Below, piece after piece: positions 15,833 to 21,892 of a DNA stretch of 21,892 nt. The DNA comes from Chthonomonadales bacterium. GTDB lineage: Bacteria > Armatimonadota > Chthonomonadetes > Chthonomonadales > Chthonomonadaceae. Under the pieces are notes generated by a model. That model was given only the letters and a program-made list of their open reading frames with translations. It was not told the DNA's origin and did not search any database. The stretch covers positions 1 to 21,892 of the forward strand of contig JBBQPO010000073.1 in the NCBI GenBank assembly GCA_038217285.1. Direction: 5' to 3'. Each line of letters opens with the position of its first letter. Within the stretch, counting starts at the first letter, position 1. A program made the translations under genes and the position numbers.

Positions 15833-17776
15833 TTAGGATTTGAGGTATTTGGCGAACCAGTCGAGGTTGGACTGCATCACTTTGAGGAGCATACGGGGTT
15901 CGGTGGGGCCGTGGGGTTGGCGCGGCAGTACAATCATGCGGGTATCGACGTTCTGGCGGCGGAGGGCGTTATAGAACTCATAGCCCTGCGAGATGGGGAC
16001 GCGCACGTCGGCGTCGCCATGCTGGATGAGGGTGGGCGTCTTGACCCCCTTGACCTGGAACATGGCGCAGTGGTCACGATAGATCTCGAGATTTTCCCAC
16101 GACTCCGCGCCGAAGTAGTCCGGGATAAAGCTCGGAATATCGGCAGTGCCGTTGAAGCTCATGATGTTGGTGACGCCTGCGCCGACGGAGGCAGCCTTGA
16201 AGCGATGGGTCTGCGTGATGATCCAGGAGGTCATAAAGCCGCCATAACTCCAGCCCATCACGCCCATCCGCTCCGGGTCGGCCACGCCGAGCGCAATCAC
16301 ATGATCGACTCCCGCCATCAAGTCGCGGTAGTCGCCGCCTCCCCAGTCGCGCTGGTTCGCGTAGCGGAAATCCTTGCCATAGCCTGTGGAACCGCGCGGG
16401 TTGCAGCGGAGCACCGCATAGCCCTGCGCGGCGAAGGAGGCGACCGGGTAGATGTTCGGATTGCCGATAAAGCTCTGGGTGTAGTAGCCCGCCGGACCGC
16501 CGTGAATGACGAGGAGAAGAGGGACGCGTTGGCCTGCGATATAGTCGACCGGATAGGTAAGCAGGCCCTCGATCTCATGGCCCTCGGTGCTCTGCCAGCG
16601 CAGCACTTCGGTGCGGCCCAGGGGCGGAAACGGAGCATCCGGATTGACCGTGGGACTGCCGCTGACGCGCATCGGGGCGAACGCCTCGACCGCCGATACG
16701 CAGGCCTGTGCGGGCTGCTCGGAGCTTTGAAAGACGAAACCCAGCTTCTGCCGGGAGCGGTTCAGGTGTGGCTCCGAAAGGAGGCCCTTCCCCGAGGTCA
16801 CCGGCGTTATCATGCCGGACTGGACGTCCATCGCGTAGCCGTGCGACTGCGTACCTGTGGCCTCTCCAAAATAGAGATGGCTGCCGTCTGCGGACCAACC
16901 GACCAGTTGGGGGCTGGCATTGGGTGTGGAGGGCAGGACGCGAGGCGTGCCGCCTGTGGCAGGGATCAGACAGAGGAAGCCGCTGAAGGCCCAGCGCGGC
17001 GGGTCGTCGCTGCGGAGGAAGGCGATCGTGCTTCCGTCCGGGGAGTAGAGCGGCTGCGAGGACGCCGACGTCGAATCGTAGAGCGGTTTGATCGCGCCTG
17101 TCGCTGCGTCCACGGTCGCAAGGTCGGCTGTCGTCCAGTCGTCCGCCTTCGCCGTCTGCGTGTGGGAGATCGCCAATTTCCGCCCGTCCGGCGACCAGTC
17201 GAAGCTCGCGACGCTGCGTACGAATGCCGTCAACGACTTGGGCTCTCGCTTGCCTTGCGCATCCTTATCGACCGCGACACTGTAGAGCCGCACGTGCTTC
17301 ACATCTTCGTCCACCCAGAAGGCGTCGTCTCTGCTCTTGTCGCGCTTCTCCTCGTCCTCCGTTTTCGGGTCGGTCATCAGGAAGCCGATGCGGCTGCCGT
17401 CCGGCGACCAGAGATAGGCGCCGATGTCGGCTTTGACGTCCGTCAGTCGCTCGGCCTCGCCGCCGCTCGCCCGCATCCGAAAGAGCTGGTTCTTCTCGCC
17501 CCGTTTCGAGGTGAAGGCTAGCCAGACGCCGTCCGGCGACCACTGCGGATCGGTCGAGCTTTTCTCCGCGAACGTCGCCTGGTAGCATTCGGAGCCGTCG
17601 GCCTTCGCCAGCCATATCTGCACGAGCGTTTCGCTCTTTTCAGCCTCCATCACCACATCCGTGACGGTATACGCCACGCGCTCCCCATCCGGCGAAACCC
17701 GTACCTGCCCGATGCTGCGATACTGCATCGATAGTTCCGGTGTCCAGATCGGTCGCTCTGTCGTCTGTGTCTCCAT
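15833..17776 (-). CDS. S9 family serine peptidase (dipeptidyl/acylaminoacyl peptidase) with beta-propeller
   Basis: Repeated WSPDG blades, IHGGP, NPRGSTGYG, GWSYGG nucleophile, D in HGDADVRV and H in QPHG. AGGAG upstream. Confidence 0.96.
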   Translation of the reverse strand: METQTTERPIWTPELSMQYRSIGQVRVSPDGERVAYTVTDVVMEAEKSETLVQIWLAKADGSECYQATFAEKSSTDPQWSPDGVWLAFTSKRGEKNQLFRMRASGGEAERLTDVKADIGAYLWSPDGSRIGFLMTDPKTEDEEKRDKSRDDAFWVDEDVKHVRLYSVAVDKDAQGKREPKSLTAFVRSVASFDWSPDGRKLAISHTQTAKADDWTTADLATVDAATGAIKPLYDSTSASSQPLYSPDGSTIAFLRSDDPPRWAFSGFLCLIPATGGTPRVLPSTPNASPQLVGWSADGSHLYFGEATGTQSHGYAMDVQSGMITPVTSGKGLLSEPHLNRSRQKLGFVFQSSEQPAQACVSAVEAFAPMRVSGSPTVNPDAPFPPLGRTEVLRWQSTEGHEIEGLLTYPVDYIAGQRVPLLLVIHGGPAGYYTQSFIGNPNIYPVASFAAQGYAVLRCNPRGSTGYGKDFRYANQRDWGGGDYRDLMAGVDHVIALGVADPERMGVMGWSYGGFMTSWIITQTHRFKAASVGAGVTNIMSFNGTADIPSFIPDYFGAESWENLEIYRDHCAMFQVKGVKTPTLIQHGDADVRVPISQGYEFYNALRRQNVDTRMIVLPRQPHGPTEPRMLLKVMQSNLDWFAKYLKS

Positions 17777-17809
17777 CTTCCATTTCTCCTCGTAGTCGTG
17801 CGTCGATTC

Positions 17810-17944
17810 TTATAGCCGGAGGACAGACCCGGTAATGAGATCGCTATGGCGGGCATGCGCCTGACGCATGGCCTCCAGGAACTCATTTCAAAGTCGGGTT
17901 GAGCCGACTATATCCGTGAATAGAAACATCAGCGTTCCGCTGGA
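17810..17944 (-). pseudogene. Relic of a class III adenylate/guanylate cyclase N-terminus
   Basis: Translates SSGTLMFLFTDIVGSTRL*NEFLEAMRQAHARHSDLI..., matching the common PSGTVTFLFTDIEGSTRLWE..PEAM..ALARHD pattern. TGA sits at the Trp position, there is no proper start, and the frame ends after about 45 codons. Confidence 0.82.
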
Positions 17945-17945
17945 T

Positions 17946-18464
17946 CTAATATGTGGCCCCTCGCTCATAATGGATGACCTTCCACCTTCCATGTTCCCAC
18001 CCCACCGTAAAATAGCCCGCATCACCGCTCTTGTTGGCGGCTGCGCCACCGCCCTCGACCCGCGTTTCGATATCCGAATCCCATTCGATGGTATCGATCC
18101 AGAAATGCAGTGCGGCGCGGCCGGTACGTCCGTCCCGATAGTTGCCCGTCTGGGCCTGAAATCGCGTGGAGATCGGCGCCACATCGGAGAGATTAGCGAA
18201 CTGGCGCATAAAGGATGGGTCGGGCGCGGACTTCCGTACGCTGAGAAAACAGACATGGAGGTTATGGCGGTTCTCCGCGATCTGATAGCGGAATACGGCC
18301 TCGAAAACCTTCGCCTCCTGATCGCGACACCATCTCGGTCCGCTATGCGGAGGGTCGTTCCAACGGACATAATTGTACCAGACTCCGCCGCTCAGGAGCA
18401 ATAGAAGAGACAGTCCGATAAGTACCCAGGACCGTACACTAAGACGGCGCAATTCCGTGCTCAT
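17946..18464 (-). CDS. Hypothetical protein with N-terminal TM anchor
   Basis: ATG 18464 follows GGGAGG, then hydrophobic VLIGLSLLLLLSGGVW and a globular-looking remainder. No family recognised. Confidence 0.72.
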   Translation of the reverse strand: MSTELRRLSVRSWVLIGLSLLLLLSGGVWYNYVRWNDPPHSGPRWCRDQEAKVFEAVFRYQIAENRHNLHVCFLSVRKSAPDPSFMRQFANLSDVAPISTRFQAQTGNYRDGRTGRAALHFWIDTIEWDSDIETRVEGGGAAANKSGDAGYFTVGWEHGRWKVIHYERGATY

Positions 18465-18660
18465 GCAGACCTCCCTACCGAATCGAAAATGAGTAATCGG
18501 CACGTTAGTTCCTCTTACACCGCCGAAGGTTCACAGATTCATACCGTAACGCCCCGCCTGTTTCCTCTTGTAAACTCTCCTGACGTAATAGGACTCCGAA
18601 AGGCCGTATTCAGGTAGAATTCCGTAGTAACGTTGCTGGACCGTGAAGGAGAGTACCACT

Positions 18661-21600
18661 TTGGAAGTCTTATACCTTATTGACGGATATGCGCAGATCT
18701 TTCGTGCGTACTACGCGATTCGAAACGGCATGAACAGCCCGGTCACCAGCGAGCCGACGCACGCGGTCTTTGGCTTTACCGGCATGCTGTTGAAGCTGTT
18801 CGCACAGTTTGAGCCCCACTACGTCGTGGTCGCCATCGACTCGCCGGGGCGCACGTTTCGCGACGACCTCTACAGCCTCTATGCCGAGCTTCAGCGGCAG
18901 CCCGGTGTGGCGCTGCCAGCCCTCGCGCTTCTGCCAGCGCTGGACATCGGGGAGAGTCGGCCATCGCCGCTGCGGGGCACAGAGGACGGGGAGAGCGCCG
19001 ACTCTCTGCCGGTGAGGGCGCATGAACCGAATCGGTACGCGGAGTATAAGGGGACGCGGCGCTCGACGCCGGACGATCTGATGTCCCAAATAGACCGCAT
19101 CTTCGAAGTGATCGAAGGGTTCGGCATTCCGATCCTCGGGCAGTCGGGCCTCGAAGCCGACGATGTGATCGCCACCATCACGCAGCGAATTCTGGACGAT
19201 CCTGCCTATCGCGATATACAGATCCGCATCGTTACCAAGGACAAGGATCTCGAACAGCTTATCGGCGACCGAGTCTCTCTTTTTGATATTCATACCGACA
19301 CCGTGCTGGATGCCGCCGCCCTGCTTGCCAACAAGGGCATCACGCCGGAGCAGGTCGTCGATGTACTGGCACTGATGGGGGACACGGTGGACAACGTCCC
19401 CGGCGTGGAGGGCATCGGGCCGAAGACGGCGACGCAGTTGGTGCAGCAGTTCGGCTCCGTCGAAGGCGTCCTGGAGCATCTCGACGAGATCAAGGGCAAG
19501 CGGCGAGAGAATCTGGAGAAGGCGCGGGACTACCTGCCGGTGTCGAAAGCGCTGGTCACACTCAAGCGCGACGCGGACTTCCCGTTTTCGCTGGAAGCGG
19601 CGCGGATCCAGCCGATCAACCTCCAGAAACTGATCCCCATCTTTCGCGACCTGGGCTTCAACCGCTACCAGGAAGAGGCGCGCAAACTGGCGGCCATGGC
19701 CCCCCCCACCCCGGCCCTCCCCGCAAGCGCAGAGGGAGACCCCACCCCGGCCCTCCCCGCAAGCGCAGAGGGAGAAGAGCCCGCAGCGGAAGCCGGTCTC
19801 CCTCCGCTTGCGGGGGGATTAAGGGGGGTGACCTCAGGAGAGAAAACGGCGATACCGGAAGGGCGGACGGTCCATGGAACCGCCGCATCCGGCACCTATG
19901 AGGCGATCACGACACGGGAGCAACTGAATGCGCTCGCGGCTCTCCTTCGCCTGCAGACGCTGGTCAGCGTGGATACGGAGACGACCGGGCTGGGACGGGA
20001 CGCGCAACTGTGCGGGCTGAGTTTCTCCTGGAAACCGGGGCATGGCGTCTACGTCCCCGTTCTCTCCCCGAAGCCGGAGGAACATTTAGACCGCGCCACG
20101 GTGCTGGCCGCCCTGAAGCCGCTTCTGGAAGACGCGAGCCTGCCGAAGTGCGGGCACAATCTCAAGTTCGATGCCCTGGTGCTGCTGCGGGAGGGAATCC
20201 ACCTGCGAGGCGTCGTCTTCGACACGATGCTGGCGAGTATCCTGCTCGACCCGGCGCAGTCCAGTCATAAGCTGGACAATTTGGCCCTTGCCCACCTCCA
20301 CTATCGCATGATCCCGATCTCCGCGCTGATCGGAGCGGCAGCAGATCAGGGTTCGATGGATCAGGTGCCGCTGCCCGAGGCGACTGTCTATGCGGCGGAA
20401 GACACCGACATCGCTCTGCGCCTTGCCCATGTCCTGCAGCCGGAGATGGAGGCGCGCGGTCTGGCAACGCTCCTGCGGGAGATCGAAGCGCCGCTGGTCT
20501 GTGTGCTGGCGGAGATGGAGGCGAACGGCATTCTGTGCGACCCGGTCGAACTCCGGCGACAGGGGGACGTTTTGAAGACGCGGGTGGACGAACTGCGGCA
20601 GGAGGTGCAGGCAGCGGCGGGCTGCGTGTTCCAGGTGGAATCGACGCAGCAGTTGGCGGAAGTCCTGTTCGACAGGCTCGGCTACTCCTCCGCGAAGAAG
20701 ACCAAGACCGGGCGCTCCACCGACATCACCGTTCTGGAAAAGCTGGCCGCGACGGAGGACCGCAACGATCCGCATACCAGTGTGCCGCGTCTGGTGATCG
20801 AGTACCGGCAGCTCACCAAACTGATCAGCACCTACCTGAACAACCTGATCGCTTCCATTGATCCTGGAGACGGACGCATCCGCAGCACATTCCATCAGTT
20901 GGTCACAGCGACGGGGCGACTGGCCTCGCACAATCCTAACCTCCAGAACATTCCTGTGCGCTCCGAGACGGGCCGACAGATACGGAAGGCGTTTCATGCC
21001 GCTCCCGGCCATCTGCTGCTCTGCGCCGACTATTCGCAGATAGAGCTGCGTCTGCTCGCCCACCTGAGCCGGGATTCTGCCCTGCTGGAAGCGTTCGAGC
21101 AGGATCAGGACATTCATACCACCGTTGCGGCGGAGGTGTTTGGGGTCGCGTTGGAGGCGGTGACGAAGGAGCAGCGGGCGCGGGCGAAGACCATCAACTT
21201 CGGCATTATCTACGGCATCACGCCCTACGGGTTGGCGCGGCGTATCGAGGGCATGGATGTGGCAACGGCGATGGAGTTGATCGCGCGCTATAAACAGCGT
21301 TTTCCGGGCATAGAGCGGTTTCTACAGAAGTGCGTTCAGGAGGCGATGGAGCAGGGGTTTGTCTGCACGCTGGCAGGGCGATGCCGCGCGATCCCCGAGA
21401 TCACCTCCGCCAACCGCAACATCCGCAACCTGGGCGAACGACTGGCGATCAACTCGGTCGTGCAGGGCAGCGCGGCGGACCTGATCAAAGCGGCGATGGT
21501 CAATGTGCAGCAGCGCATCGACCGGGACAACCTCCCGCTCAAAATGCTGCTGCAGATCCACGACGAACTGGTACTCGAAGCCCCGGCGGAGCGAGCACAG

Positions 21601-21705
21601 GAGTTCGCCGAACTCGTCTGCGCCGAAATGGAGCGCGCCATGACGCTGAGCATCCCCCTCCGCGCCGTAGCCGGCATCGGCTACGACTGGCTCTCCGCCC
21701 GTTAA
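18661..21705 (+). CDS. polA: DNA polymerase I
   Basis: 5'-3' exonuclease motifs (LIDG, EADD, DKD, GDTVDNVPG), 3'-5' exonuclease motifs (DTETTG, GHNLKFD, YAAED) and polymerase motifs A DYSQIELR, B KTINFGIIYG and C HDEL. TTG 18661 follows AAGGAG; the track start is GTG 18643. Confidence 0.98.
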   Translation: MEVLYLIDGYAQIFRAYYAIRNGMNSPVTSEPTHAVFGFTGMLLKLFAQFEPHYVVVAIDSPGRTFRDDLYSLYAELQRQPGVALPALALLPALDIGESRPSPLRGTEDGESADSLPVRAHEPNRYAEYKGTRRSTPDDLMSQIDRIFEVIEGFGIPILGQSGLEADDVIATITQRILDDPAYRDIQIRIVTKDKDLEQLIGDRVSLFDIHTDTVLDAAALLANKGITPEQVVDVLALMGDTVDNVPGVEGIGPKTATQLVQQFGSVEGVLEHLDEIKGKRRENLEKARDYLPVSKALVTLKRDADFPFSLEAARIQPINLQKLIPIFRDLGFNRYQEEARKLAAMAPPTPALPASAEGDPTPALPASAEGEEPAAEAGLPPLAGGLRGVTSGEKTAIPEGRTVHGTAASGTYEAITTREQLNALAALLRLQTLVSVDTETTGLGRDAQLCGLSFSWKPGHGVYVPVLSPKPEEHLDRATVLAALKPLLEDASLPKCGHNLKFDALVLLREGIHLRGVVFDTMLASILLDPAQSSHKLDNLALAHLHYRMIPISALIGAAADQGSMDQVPLPEATVYAAEDTDIALRLAHVLQPEMEARGLATLLREIEAPLVCVLAEMEANGILCDPVELRRQGDVLKTRVDELRQEVQAAAGCVFQVESTQQLAEVLFDRLGYSSAKKTKTGRSTDITVLEKLAATEDRNDPHTSVPRLVIEYRQLTKLISTYLNNLIASIDPGDGRIRSTFHQLVTATGRLASHNPNLQNIPVRSETGRQIRKAFHAAPGHLLLCADYSQIELRLLAHLSRDSALLEAFEQDQDIHTTVAAEVFGVALEAVTKEQRARAKTINFGIIYGITPYGLARRIEGMDVATAMELIARYKQRFPGIERFLQKCVQEAMEQGFVCTLAGRCRAIPEITSANRNIRNLGERLAINSVVQGSAADLIKAAMVNVQQRIDRDNLPLKMLLQIHDELVLEAPAERAQEFAELVCAEMERAMTLSIPLRAVAGIGYDWLSAR
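19704..19829. repeat. Intragenic palindromic repeat element within polA
   Basis: Exact 36-bp tandem CCCCACCCCGGCCCTCCCCGCAAGCGCAGAGGGAGA (19704-19739, 19740-19775) plus an imperfect inverted copy TCTCCCTCCGCTTGCGGGGGGATTAAGGGGGGT (19797-19829). Confidence 0.88.
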
Positions 21706-21892
21706 AAGACTGCAGGAACTCGGATTGACTCGTAAACATACCTGGCTCTCAAATTGACGTTTAGACTACAAGCCGACGTTGCCGAACGCCCCGGCATTGC
21801 TGAGCGGGTTCATTGTCAGTCGGTTTTTGTCGCCCCTCGGTTCTAAGCCGCCTTAGAAGGCGTGGAAACAGCCGCAGAGGGCGCTGCTTCCA

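Noticed and set aside
17888..17890. TGA recoded as Trp or Sec in the cyclase fragment
   Set aside because: TGA is an ordinary stop in neighbouring genes, and the fragment ends 26 codons later anyway.
18874..19038. Intein or intron in polA
   Set aside because: Too short and lacks intein terminal motifs (no C-terminal HN before C/S/T); the frame is uninterrupted.
1477..21117. Long antisense or alternate-frame ORFs (1477-2550, 5358-6104, 7314-8438, 8326-9885, 15911-17521, 18670-19479, 20086-21117 and others)
   Set aside because: They are shadows of well-supported genes in high-GC DNA and show no family motifs.
1436..21892. cas genes, tracrRNA/anti-repeat or self-targeted protospacers
   Set aside because: No Cas motifs were recognised and no anti-repeat or spacer match was noticed by eye. 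This was not an exhaustive alignment.
21706..21892. Gene or terminator after polA
   Set aside because: No convincing ORF or hairpin plus U-tract can be supported in the remaining sequence.

Overview
GC-rich bacterial chromosomal window; an Armatimonadota-like origin is only a guess from gene style. It opens with the trailer end of a CRISPR array: 20 copies of a 37-bp repeat, 19 spacers of 32-45 bp, a degenerate last repeat, and no cas genes in view. The spacers look antisense to mRNAs, which suggests an RNA-targeting (type III-like) system. Downstream are an M48 lipoprotein peptidase, an ECF sigma factor overlapping an unknown soluble partner gene, and a REPIN-like double-hairpin element. Next come a minus-strand operon (small membrane protein, two SPFH proteins, ankyrin protein), a Gfo/Idh/MocA oxidoreductase, a GH5-like hydrolase, an HExxH protein with an ABC-2 permease, a deleted histidine-phosphatase pseudogene and a PhyH dioxygenase. 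The rest holds a convergent DUF488 plus OB-fold-like putative conflict cassette with defective or non-canonical starts, a GH114-like hydrolase, an S9 peptidase, a class III cyclase relic, a hypothetical membrane protein and polA with two in-frame insertions, one a palindromic repeat. No new system is proven. The best candidates are the DUF488 cassette, the dual-SPFH operon and the ECF/partner pair.
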